The translations under genes were made by a program, and so were the position numbers. 64,000 bases of DNA, taken from Bacteroidales bacterium (GTDB taxonomy: Bacteria; Bacteroidota; Bacteroidia; Bacteroidales; UBA7960). The stretch is taken from the NCBI GenBank assembly GCA_035477775.1, contig DATIKH010000085.1, positions 3,981-67,980 of the forward strand, given 5' to 3'. Shown in pieces: positions 49,181-58,059 of the stretch. The notes under the pieces were generated by a model. The model was not told where the DNA came from. It saw only the letters and a program-made list of their open reading frames with translations, and searched no databases. Each line of letters opens with the position of its first letter. Position 1 is the stretch's first letter.

Positions 49181-49843
49181 TTACCATTTGCGCTTCAAGT
49201 TCATCAGGATTGGAAACGCCTGCGCAACATCCTTCTCCGAAAAGATCAGCGATATTTCGTTGGTTGTTGAAATAATTTCGCAAATATTGATGTTGGCCCA
49301 GGCAAGGTGTTTCAGCATGGTGTAATAAACTCCCGAAACTTCCGTGTTGTTTTTTGGCAGCAGCACGGTAACCGAGCCTAACCCCTTTTTTCTGGCCAAT
49401 AGGTTTTCATTTTTGAACATTTCTTCAATATCGGCATCGAGTAAGTTGCTTGCTATAACAGTTGTCTCTTTGACGCCTTGCGAAAAGGTGCAGAAAACTT
49501 CTTTCTCCTTTGTAGTCGATTTCATAAGCTGCCGAAGGCACGAATTGAGCGTGGGGCTGTTCTCGAAGGTATGGTCGCTCAGTCCTGAGCGTACAATGAT
49601 ATCGCCCAGGCCTGCCATAAATGTTTTTATCCGTTTGGTTATTAAAAAAACATGACCGGCCGGTCTGCGGTGAATTGCCATGATAATGGCGCTCTCCTTT
49701 ACCTCCTTTTTGGTCAGACGCTCTACTTCAGGTTTTATGGAGCGGGCAAGCGACGAAACATTAATCAATCCTTCGGAAAGCGCTTCGTCTAAAAAGGGCG
49801 AACTTCCGATAATCTCTTCTATGGCTGAGGTAATGGTAATCAT
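49181..49843 (-). CDS. Hypothetical protein with ACT-like C-terminal domain(s)
   Basis: The C-terminus GSVTVLLPKNNTEVSGVYYTMLKHLAWANINICEIISTTNEISLIFSEKDVAQA resembles aspartokinase-type ACT regulatory domains. No catalytic domain is present. Confidence 0.45.
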   Translation of the reverse strand: MITITSAIEEIIGSSPFLDEALSEGLINVSSLARSIKPEVERLTKKEVKESAIIMAIHRRPAGHVFLITKRIKTFMAGLGDIIVRSGLSDHTFENSPTLNSCLRQLMKSTTKEKEVFCTFSQGVKETTVIASNLLDADIEEMFKNENLLARKKGLGSVTVLLPKNNTEVSGVYYTMLKHLAWANINICEIISTTNEISLIFSEKDVAQAFPILMNLKRKW

Positions 49844-50418
49844 GTTAAAATTTTAACATAAAGTTATAAAAATGTTATAAATCATAAAAAAATTCACAGA
49901 ATAATTTATCGGTATTTCCTTTGTACTTCGCATTTTAATCCTGAAAACAGAAATTATCAGGTTCACGAAAGCAACAAAAAAATTCTTAAAAATTTCGTTT
50001 TCTCACATACTGGCTGTTTTATGTTCGGCCTTGAAAAAATCATGGTAACAAGACCAGTGAGCATAGCGTTAAAAAACTTTGCAGTCGCCTGGTGCATTTC
50101 AAAAGAATACTATTTAGGTTATTACCCTCATAATAAAGGAATGCCAAAATACCTGCGACCTTCAAAGTTTTTAGCGAAGCGAACGCAGTCTTGTCAGGAT
50201 TTTTTCCCAGCCTTGATTTTTGCTCCACTTTTGATCAAGCAAAAGTGGAAGGAAAAATGCAGATTCTACCTCAATAGGTTAATACTCATTCAAACATTGC
50301 AAAAAATCAAAAACACAAACTAATTCTAATTAATTATCAGTCAATTTGTAATATGGCAATGGCAGCGGGATTCACTACCGCCTGAAAAAATCATTGATTT
50401 TAAAATTACAACAACAAA

Positions 50419-51603
50419 ATGTTTCTATCCGATATACCCACCCCCGCCTACCTTTACGATATGAACCTGCTGCAACGTACGGCTGATATGGCTGCTGCGG
50501 AGGCAGCCCGCTACGGATATACGATTCATTATTCCATAAAGGCCAATTATCACCAACCCATACTGGATGTGATGAAAGCCAAGGGTTTCGGGGCCGACTG
50601 TGTAAGTGGCAATGAGGTAGCGTTGGCGCTTGAAAGTGGATTTAAACCACAGAGCATTGTATTTGCCGGTGTAGGCAAAACCGACAGCGAAATTCTTACA
50701 GCTATCAGGGCCGGGATATTTTGTCTGAATTGCGAGTCGGTTGAGGAGCTTGAAGTTATTTCGAACCTTGCAGCATCATATCAAAAAGTTGCCCATGTTG
50801 CTTTGAGGGTAAATCCTGATGTTGATGGACACACCCATCAAAACATTACCACCGGATTGAACGAAAACAAATTCGGAATACCTGTCGCCCACCTGCAAAG
50901 AGCGCTCGACCTTTGTACTCAAAGTCCGTGGTTGCAATTTATGGGCTTGCATTTTCACATCGGCTCGCAGATTACTTCGCCGGAGCCATATCGTTTGCTT
51001 GCCCGGAAAGCATCGGAAATATGGAGTCGTTTCGAAATTTCGCGCTATGGGGCTACAGTGCTCAACCTTGGCGGTGGTTTGGGTGTGAACTACGAATACC
51101 CGGAGGAATTTCCCATAGCCGATTTCCAGACCTTTTTTGGAGTCATTGCCCGCAACTTGCAAATCCCTTCAGATGTAAGAGTTCATTTCGAATTGGGAAG
51201 AAGCATTGTGGCGCAATGCGGCACTTTGGTAACCAAGGTGCTTTTCGTTAAAATGGGCTTAGAAAGAAGGTTTATAATAGCTGATGCCGGAATGACCGAG
51301 TTGCTACGTCCGGCGCTTTATCAGGCCAGGCATAAAATAGAAAATCCATTTTCGAACAGGCCTGAACAGGTTTACGATGTTGCGGGTCCTGTGTGTGAGT
51401 CGAGCGATGTGTTTGCAAAAGATTATCTTCTGCCCGGAACGGAAAGGGGAGACTTGCTTTTGATCCGCTCCTGCGGCGCTTACGGCCAATCGATGTCGCT
51501 TCGGTACAATCTTAGAAACCCTGCCCCTGCATACTTTCATCATGGTGATTTGATGCTCCCATTTTCCTTCAGGAATGAACCTTCGGAGCTTGAGGCTGTT
51601 TAG
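50419..51603 (+). CDS. lysA: Diaminopimelate decarboxylase
   Basis: PLP Lys context YSIKANY, HFHIGSQ, GGGLGV and the CESSD motif. 394 aa. Confidence 0.88.
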   Translation: MFLSDIPTPAYLYDMNLLQRTADMAAAEAARYGYTIHYSIKANYHQPILDVMKAKGFGADCVSGNEVALALESGFKPQSIVFAGVGKTDSEILTAIRAGIFCLNCESVEELEVISNLAASYQKVAHVALRVNPDVDGHTHQNITTGLNENKFGIPVAHLQRALDLCTQSPWLQFMGLHFHIGSQITSPEPYRLLARKASEIWSRFEISRYGATVLNLGGGLGVNYEYPEEFPIADFQTFFGVIARNLQIPSDVRVHFELGRSIVAQCGTLVTKVLFVKMGLERRFIIADAGMTELLRPALYQARHKIENPFSNRPEQVYDVAGPVCESSDVFAKDYLLPGTERGDLLLIRSCGAYGQSMSLRYNLRNPAPAYFHHGDLMLPFSFRNEPSELEAV

Positions 51604-51693
51604 ATTTTCAACAGGTTTAGAGTAAACCGGTTGCCGGCGATCAGAACAATTTTTAACAGGCAATCACATTCCGGATTTACCTTCTTTTATATC

Positions 51694-51701
51694 TATCTTT
51701 G
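51694..51701 (+). promoter_or_regulatory. -7 box TATCTTTG 15 nt upstream of the queD ATG
   Basis: Exact TAnnTTTG match. Implies a very short leader. Confidence 0.5.
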
Positions 51702-51716
51702 CTGTAATTCAGAGCT

Positions 51717-52151
51717 ATGGCAGATTCAATGGTGTATATCACCCGAAGGGAGACATTTAATGCCGCTCACCGGTTATTCCGGCCCGATTGGGACGACCGG
51801 AAAAACCTCGAAGTGTTTGGCAAATGTTCCAATCCGCTTTGGCACGGTCACAATTATGTTTTGTTTGTAACCGTAAAGGGCCGGATGAATCCGGAAACAG
51901 GATTCCTGGTCAACCTGAAGGATCTGAGCGCCATCATCAATAAGCATATTGTTGAGAAGCTCGATCATAAAAATCTGAATCTGGAAGTTGACTTCATGGC
52001 AGGGAAAATAGCCTCCACCGAATCTCTGGCTGTTGAAATCTGGAAACAACTCGAAGTTCCTGTTCTGCAACTTGGTGCTTTTTTACATTGCATCAAACTG
52101 CACGAAACCGAAAAAAACTCGGTGGAATATTACGGACCGGACACTTTTTAA
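51717..52151 (+). CDS. queD: 6-carboxytetrahydropterin synthase (PTPS/QueD family)
   Basis: FNAAHRL and CSNPLWHGHNY motifs. Adjacent to folE. Confidence 0.85.
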   Translation: MADSMVYITRRETFNAAHRLFRPDWDDRKNLEVFGKCSNPLWHGHNYVLFVTVKGRMNPETGFLVNLKDLSAIINKHIVEKLDHKNLNLEVDFMAGKIASTESLAVEIWKQLEVPVLQLGAFLHCIKLHETEKNSVEYYGPDTF

Positions 52152-52163
52152 AATTTTTAAACC

Positions 52164-52805
52164 ATGTCATCGGAAATAGACAAAGGGATGGCCATTGAAA
52201 ATAAAATGGACGACTACGAAAAGATCGACCTTTATAATCCCAAAAAAATCAAAGCCCTTTCGGGACATTATTATCAAGTGCTTCAACTGATTGGCGAGGA
52301 TCCCACGCGCGAGGGTCTGGAAAAAACCCCGGAACGGGTGGCAAAGGCCATGCAGTATTTAACCCACGGATATGACCTGAATCCTTATAAAATACTCAAG
52401 TCGGCCATGTTTAAGGAGGATTACCGGCAAATGGTGATTGTGAAGGACATTGAGATATATTCGCTGTGCGAGCACCACATGCTTCCGTTTGTAGGCAAAG
52501 CCCATGTGGCATATATTCCAAACGGATACATTGTTGGACTTAGCAAGATTCCAAGGGTTGTTGATGCTTATGCCCGAAGATTACAGGTGCAGGAGAGGCT
52601 TACCATGCAAATTAAAAACTGCATTCAGGAAACCCTCAATCCCTTAGGCGTTGCGGTGGTTATAGAGGCTCATCACTTTTGCATGATGATGCGGGGCATT
52701 CAAAAACAGAACTCGGTTACCACCACCAGCGATTTCACCGGGGCTTTCCTTACCGACAAAACACGGGCAGAGTTCATTCATTTACTCGGGAGCAAACTGC
52801 ATTGA
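52164..52805 (+). CDS. folE: GTP cyclohydrolase I (type 1)
   Basis: [24 protein letters not shown] and HFCMMMRG motifs. Confidence 0.95.
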   Translation: MSSEIDKGMAIENKMDDYEKIDLYNPKKIKALSGHYYQVLQLIGEDPTREGLEKTPERVAKAMQYLTHGYDLNPYKILKSAMFKEDYRQMVIVKDIEIYSLCEHHMLPFVGKAHVAYIPNGYIVGLSKIPRVVDAYARRLQVQERLTMQIKNCIQETLNPLGVAVVIEAHHFCMMMRGIQKQNSVTTTSDFTGAFLTDKTRAEFIHLLGSKLH

Positions 52806-52954
52806 TTTTTAACTAAAATTAAAGTAACTTGCACTTCAATTTGCCAGAAGTTGACCTGGTTGCAAGGGCTTTCAACCGCCCGGCATGAGTTTTGTTGTAA
52901 TATAATCCTTCATAATGCTTACAGAATTTTATAAAGAATTTAAACCCCCTTGCC

Positions 52955-54196
52955 ATGAAAAACCTGCTGCTTTTCACTGCATTGTTTATGGTAGTTTCCG
53001 GTTTTGCCGGATGCAATAATGGTTCTGTCACCCCAGCCCCAATGACTCCGGCCACAATCAAGCTTACCCCCGGCTCCGACAAGGTAATTTCGGGAAGTAA
53101 CCAGTTCGGGGTGAACCTTTTTACGCGTGTTGCCCTTGAAGAATCGAAAAATCTGACCCTTTCGCCTTTAAGTGCAAGCGCAGCCCTGACCATGCTGCTC
53201 AACGGAACGGCCGGCGAAACTTTCGACCAGCTTCGCAGCGTTTTGGGCTTCCCTGCAGGCATGAGCCTGAACGAAATCAACCTCGCCTACAAAAACCTGG
53301 TTAGCCAGCTTCTCGAAGCCGATCCGTTGGTAGAACTGGCCCTGGCCAATGCCATGTTTTACAGGCAGGGATTTCAGGTGAAAACACCTTTTGTAAATAC
53401 AATAAAATCAGATTTCAACGCAACGGTCGAAGGTCTGAACTTCAGCCACCAGTCGGCAGTTAATGCCATAAACCAATGGGCAAGCGACAATACCAAAGGG
53501 AAGATCCCGATGGTAATCGAAAGTATTTCCGATGAGATGCGGTTGTTTCTGATGAATGCCCTGTATTTTAAGGGACAATGGACTGATGCTTTCAATCAGG
53601 CCGAAACCCGCAACATGGCTTTTTTCCCCGATGCAACAACCCGGATTGAGGTGCCTACCATGAGCCGCAAACTGAATGCACGGTCGGTTTTCACGGAGCG
53701 TTATCATGCAGTGGAACTGCCTTATGGAAGGGGTAACTTTTCCATGGTGGTGGTCGTTCCACAAAACATCGACCTGAAATCCTTCCTGAGGGGTTTTACC
53801 CCGGCGACATGGAGCGAGATAACCGGCACCTTGGATTCGCAAACTGCCGGAAGTTCCATTGATGTGTTTCTCCCAAGATTTCAGTTCAGTTATCAAAAAA
53901 CCCTCAACCAACCTCTAAGGGCTATGGGTATGGTAAATGCTTTTGATCCCAATCTGGCAAACCTCAGCCCGATAGCCGATGTTAGAGATTTGTTCGTGCA
54001 TTTTGTAAATCAGAACACTTACATTCAGGTAAACGAGGAAGGCACCACCGCTGCAGCAGTTACTACCATTGGAATTGGCGTAACCAGCGTAGGACCTCCG
54101 CCCTTTGCGGCCGACAGACCTTTCCTGTTTTTTATCCGCGAACGTACCACCAACACCTTGTTGTTTGCAGGGCAGGTATTGAATCCGCTTTTGTAA
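52955..54196 (+). CDS. Serpin-family protein, lipoprotein
   Basis: Lipobox VVSGFAGCNN and a serpin C-terminal signature: hinge EEGTTAAAVTT, then FAADRPFLFFIRE. Confidence 0.85.
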   Translation: MKNLLLFTALFMVVSGFAGCNNGSVTPAPMTPATIKLTPGSDKVISGSNQFGVNLFTRVALEESKNLTLSPLSASAALTMLLNGTAGETFDQLRSVLGFPAGMSLNEINLAYKNLVSQLLEADPLVELALANAMFYRQGFQVKTPFVNTIKSDFNATVEGLNFSHQSAVNAINQWASDNTKGKIPMVIESISDEMRLFLMNALYFKGQWTDAFNQAETRNMAFFPDATTRIEVPTMSRKLNARSVFTERYHAVELPYGRGNFSMVVVVPQNIDLKSFLRGFTPATWSEITGTLDSQTAGSSIDVFLPRFQFSYQKTLNQPLRAMGMVNAFDPNLANLSPIADVRDLFVHFVNQNTYIQVNEEGTTAAAVTTIGIGVTSVGPPPFAADRPFLFFIRERTTNTLLFAGQVLNPLL

Positions 54197-54303
54197 AGCC
54201 AACTTACTTTTTAGATTTCGGCGACAACAGACCTAATGTAGTCACCCATTTGTCTTTTTGGGATGACTCTGGAATTGTAAAGGAGCGAAACCGGAAATTT
54301 GCT

Positions 54304-54311
54304 TAAATTTG
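54304..54311 (+). promoter_or_regulatory. -7 box TAAATTTG upstream of fabD
   Basis: Exact TAnnTTTG match 36 nt upstream of the ATG at 54347. Confidence 0.5.
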
Positions 54312-54346
54312 CGCCTTTAAAAATTCCTGCTAAATCCGTTGCTATT

Positions 54347-55225
54347 ATGAAAAAGGCATTTGTATTTCCAGGACAGGGCTCGCAATTTGTTGGCATGGGC
54401 CTGAATATTTACGAACAATCGTCTCATGCAAAAGATTTGTTCGAAAGAGCCAATGAAATTTTAGGATTCCGTATTACCGACCTGATGTTCTCGGGCACAG
54501 AAGAAGACCTCAGGCAGACCAAGGTAACCCAGCCGGCAGTGTTTCTTCACTCTGTAATACTGGCCATGACCATGGGCGAAAAGTTCAGGCCCGACATGGT
54601 TGCAGGTCATTCGCTGGGAGAATTCTCGGCGCTGGTGGCTGCCGGAGCCTTAAGTTTTGAAGATGGATTGATCCTGGTGTCGAAGCGCGCACAAGCTATG
54701 CAAAAAGCCTGCGAAGCGGAGCCATCGACCATGGCGGCCGTTTTAGGCCTTGAGGATGAGGTAGTGGAAGGAATATGCGCAACCATTTACGAAACCGTCG
54801 TTCCGGCTAATTACAATAGTCCGGGACAAGTAGTTATCTCGGGAAGCATCAAAGGAGTGGAGATCGCCATGGAGAAATTAAAAGAGGCGGGTGCCAAACG
54901 GGTACTTCCCTTGAAAGTTGGCGGGGCATTTCACTCACCCCTGATGAAACCGGCCCGGGTCGAACTGTCGCTTGCCATCGACGAAACCGCTTTCAATGCT
55001 CCGCTGTGTCCTGTTTATCAGAATGTAACAGCACTGCCTGTCACCGACCCGAAGGTAATTAAGGCCAACCTGATTGAACAACTTACAGCCCCTGTACGTT
55101 GGACCCAGATAATGCAAAATATGATTGCCGACGGAATGTCGGAACTTATCGAAGTAGGTCCCGGCGAAGTTTTGCAGGGATTAATAAAAAAAATTGACAA
55201 AAATTTTATAACCTCTAACGCTTAA
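54347..55225 (+). CDS. fabD: Malonyl-CoA:ACP transacylase
   Basis: MKKAFVFPGQGSQFVGMG, GHSLGEFSAL and GAFHSPLM. I prefer the start at 54347 because of the promoter box and the typical FabD N-terminus. Confidence 0.93.
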   Translation: MKKAFVFPGQGSQFVGMGLNIYEQSSHAKDLFERANEILGFRITDLMFSGTEEDLRQTKVTQPAVFLHSVILAMTMGEKFRPDMVAGHSLGEFSALVAAGALSFEDGLILVSKRAQAMQKACEAEPSTMAAVLGLEDEVVEGICATIYETVVPANYNSPGQVVISGSIKGVEIAMEKLKEAGAKRVLPLKVGGAFHSPLMKPARVELSLAIDETAFNAPLCPVYQNVTALPVTDPKVIKANLIEQLTAPVRWTQIMQNMIADGMSELIEVGPGEVLQGLIKKIDKNFITSNA

Positions 55226-55235
55226 CAAAAAGTCT

Positions 55236-56231
55236 ATGCTTGTTTTTGTTCTTTTCGTCCTTGGATTTGTTTTATTGGTTTACGGGGCAAACTGGCTGGT
55301 GGATGGCGCAGCCTCCATTGCCAAAAAGCGCGGTATCTCAAATGTGGTAATCGGTCTTACCATTGTGGCCATGGGAACTTCAACCCCTGAGTTGGTTGTG
55401 AACGTAATTGCCAGCCTTTCCGGTGCCCACGATGTGGCCATGGGCAATGTTTTAGGGAGTAATATTTCGAACATACTGCTGATCTTAGGTATTTCGGCTG
55501 TTATTTATCCCTTGGTAGTTCACGTGAACCATGGATATAAAAAAATAAAATTCGGGTTCGAAATACCCATAGCTATTCTGGGAGCAATTATCATCGGAAT
55601 TATGGCCAACGATCATCTCATTACCGGATCGGGCAATTCGGAGATAAGCCGTTGGAATGGTATAGTGCTTGTATTGTTTTTTCTGGCTTACCTGGCCTAC
55701 ACGTTCAAATTTGCCAACAATGGTAATGATGACGACCTTGAGGTGAAACTTTTACCTGTTTGGAAATCTGTCTTTTTGGTTCCCCTGGGAATTGGCTCTA
55801 TGGCATTGGGCGGACATTGGATTGTAGATGGAGCTGTTGAGATTGCCGGGATTTTCGGTATGAGTGAGGCCATTATCTCTCTAACCATTGTGGCAGTTGG
55901 TACTTCCCTTCCTGAATTGGCAACAAGTGTTGCTGCTGCAATAAAGAAGAATCCCGGAATTGCTGTTGGCAATATTGTGGGCTCAAATATTTTTAACGTG
56001 TTCTTTATTTTGGGGATTAGCGCTATTGTAAGTCCAATTAGATTTAATCCTGTGATGAACTTCGATATCCTGGTGGCATTGTTTACCACTGTGCTGCTGT
56101 TCATGTTTATGTTCATACAAAAACCCAATGTACTGCAAAGATGGCAGGGGGCCACGATGGTTTTCCTCTATGTGGTTTATGTAGCAGTACTCGTATTGAA
56201 TGAAACGGGTACTATAAATCTGGGTTTTTAA
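55236..56231 (+). CDS. Ca2+/Na+ antiporter (CaCA/YrbG family)
   Basis: Two alpha-repeat motifs, GTSTPELVVNV and GTSLPELATSV, in a ~10-TM protein. Confidence 0.85.
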   Translation: MLVFVLFVLGFVLLVYGANWLVDGAASIAKKRGISNVVIGLTIVAMGTSTPELVVNVIASLSGAHDVAMGNVLGSNISNILLILGISAVIYPLVVHVNHGYKKIKFGFEIPIAILGAIIIGIMANDHLITGSGNSEISRWNGIVLVLFFLAYLAYTFKFANNGNDDDLEVKLLPVWKSVFLVPLGIGSMALGGHWIVDGAVEIAGIFGMSEAIISLTIVAVGTSLPELATSVAAAIKKNPGIAVGNIVGSNIFNVFFILGISAIVSPIRFNPVMNFDILVALFTTVLLFMFMFIQKPNVLQRWQGATMVFLYVVYVAVLVLNETGTINLGF

Positions 56232-56958
56232 GCCGGCCTGAGTGAATCAGATTCATTAAGCTGGGCTCGTGCAAGGCTTTTTCTACCATGTTGAAATAGT
56301 GCAGATTGTGGATATCGGTTCCCAAAAAATCGATCATCCCGGCATCGATTAGCCTTTGTGATAGTTTTCGGGTATTTGCGGAATAATAACCCGATGTAGA
56401 AATAATATTCAACTGGAAGAGCAGTCCACGGGCATGAAGGTCCTCATACTGCCCAAAATTTTTGTGCCAGTAGGTGTACCGCTCTGGATGGGCCAGTATG
56501 ATCTTGTATCCGGCCAACTGCACATCAAAAATTATCTCCTTCAGGTTTGCAGGAGGGCTGAAATAGGGCAGTTCCACCAACAGATAATTATCCGAAACGG
56601 TCAACAACTCTTTTCTTTCAACCAATCGGCCAAACCCTTCATCGAGGAGGTATTCAGCAGCAGCTTTAAATTCTATCTGAATCCCGGCTTGTTGAATGGC
56701 TTCCTTAACCTTTGCCTCTCCTTCCTGGATGATAGCAGAAGTATTGCGGTAAAGGTCGTTCATGATATGAGGTGTTGTAATTACCTTTTTGTACCCCAAA
56801 TTCGACATTAACTCCAGTATGGTTATTACTGTTGTTATATCTGGGGCTCCATCGTCAATCCCCGGTATCAGATGGGAATGCATATCTGTTACCATTGGAC
56901 TTAAGTCCGGTGGTGTTTTTGTCTTTCTGCTGTTAAATAGTTGTTTTATCAGATTCAT
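56212..56958 (-). CDS. PHP-family protein-tyrosine phosphatase (CpsB/CapC/YwqE-like)
   Basis: DMHSHLIPGIDDGA N-terminal motif and LAHPERY. I prefer the ATG at 56958 (MNLIKQLF...) because the longer ORF would overlap rfbB. The 3' end overlaps the antiporter 3' end by 20 nt. Confidence 0.8.
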   Translation of the reverse strand: MNLIKQLFNSRKTKTPPDLSPMVTDMHSHLIPGIDDGAPDITTVITILELMSNLGYKKVITTPHIMNDLYRNTSAIIQEGEAKVKEAIQQAGIQIEFKAAAEYLLDEGFGRLVERKELLTVSDNYLLVELPYFSPPANLKEIIFDVQLAGYKIILAHPERYTYWHKNFGQYEDLHARGLLFQLNIISTSGYYSANTRKLSQRLIDAGMIDFLGTDIHNLHYFNMVEKALHEPSLMNLIHSGRLKNPDL

Positions 56959-56987
56959 TTTCTGAAAAAGTTCAACTCCAGCCTGCC

Positions 56988-58043
56988 TTATCGGTTGCCT
57001 TCGTATTGTTCGCGATAGAAGTTTTGATATTCGCCCGATGTTACCTGGCGAAGCCATTCGGTATTGGTCAGATACCAATCCACGGTCAACTCAAGTCCTT
57101 CTTCAAACTGAAGCGAGGGTGCAAAACCCAGTTCCTGTTGCAGTTTGCCGGCATCAATGGCATAGCGCAGGTCGTGTCCGGCTCTGTCCTTTACGTAAGT
57201 GATCAGCTTGGCCGAACTGCCTGGTGCGCGCCCAAGTTTTTTGTCCATAATCTTGCACAAAACCAGGATCAGGTCAATGTTTTTCCACTCGTTATGGCCG
57301 CCGATATTATAAGTTTCGCCAATTTTTCCCTGGTGCATGATTAAATCGATTGCATTTGCATGGTCTTTCACATAAAGCCAGTCGCGAACATTCTCTCCTT
57401 TGCCGTAAACAGGAAGTGGCTTCTCATGGATGATGTTGTTTATGAACAACGGAACGAGTTTTTCGGGGAACTGGTTGGGCCCGTAATTATTTGAACAATT
57501 CGAAATTACTACAGGCAGTTTGTAGGTATGATGATAAGCCCTTACAAAATGGTCGCTCGAAGCCTTTGAGGCCGAGTAGGGGCTTCGGGGGTCGTAAGGG
57601 GTTGTTTCAACAAACATTCCTTCATCGCCAAGAGAGCCGTAAACCTCATCGGTGCTTATGTGGTAAAACAGTTTCCCATCAAAAGGTGCTTGCCAGCATT
57701 TTTTTGCAGCGTTCAGCAGGTTAACCGTGCCAATAACATTCGTTTGAATAAACTCCATCGGATTGGCAATCGATCGGTCAACGTGAGATTCGGCAGCCAG
57801 ATGCAAGACCGTGTCAAAATCATGTTTTTCGAACAGGCGGATGATGCTTTCCCAATCGCAGATATCGGCCTTTATGAAATGATAGTTTGGGGCTTTTTCG
57901 ATGTCGGAAAGGTTGGCCAGATTTCCGGCATAGGTAAGGCAATCAAGGTTAAAAATCTGGTAGCCCGGATACTTTTTGACCATCAACCGCACTACATGCG
58001 ACCCTATAAATCCGGCGCCGCCGGTAATCAAAACCTTTTTCAT
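56988..58043 (-). CDS. rfbB: dTDP-glucose 4,6-dehydratase
   Basis: MKKVLITGGAGFIGSH, STDEVYG and YSASKASSDH. 351 aa. Confidence 0.92.
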   Translation of the reverse strand: MKKVLITGGAGFIGSHVVRLMVKKYPGYQIFNLDCLTYAGNLANLSDIEKAPNYHFIKADICDWESIIRLFEKHDFDTVLHLAAESHVDRSIANPMEFIQTNVIGTVNLLNAAKKCWQAPFDGKLFYHISTDEVYGSLGDEGMFVETTPYDPRSPYSASKASSDHFVRAYHHTYKLPVVISNCSNNYGPNQFPEKLVPLFINNIIHEKPLPVYGKGENVRDWLYVKDHANAIDLIMHQGKIGETYNIGGHNEWKNIDLILVLCKIMDKKLGRAPGSSAKLITYVKDRAGHDLRYAIDAGKLQQELGFAPSLQFEEGLELTVDWYLTNTEWLRQVTSGEYQNFYREQYEGNR

Positions 58044-58059
58044 ATTATTGTATTGGTTT

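Noticed and set aside
50021-50323. 100-aa ORF (and antisense ORF at 50040-50228) in the long gap upstream of lysA.
   Set aside because: AT-rich low-complexity translation, no promoter box or family resemblance, and overlapping ORFs of similar length on both strands suggest chance open frames. The region is kept as a non-coding finding instead.
51604-51716. Looked for a preQ1 riboswitch upstream of queD-folE, and for a lysA terminator.
   Set aside because: The spacer holds a -7 box only 15 nt from the ATG, leaving no room for an aptamer. No preQ1-I-like stem-loop with an A-rich tail and no convincing terminator hairpin was seen.
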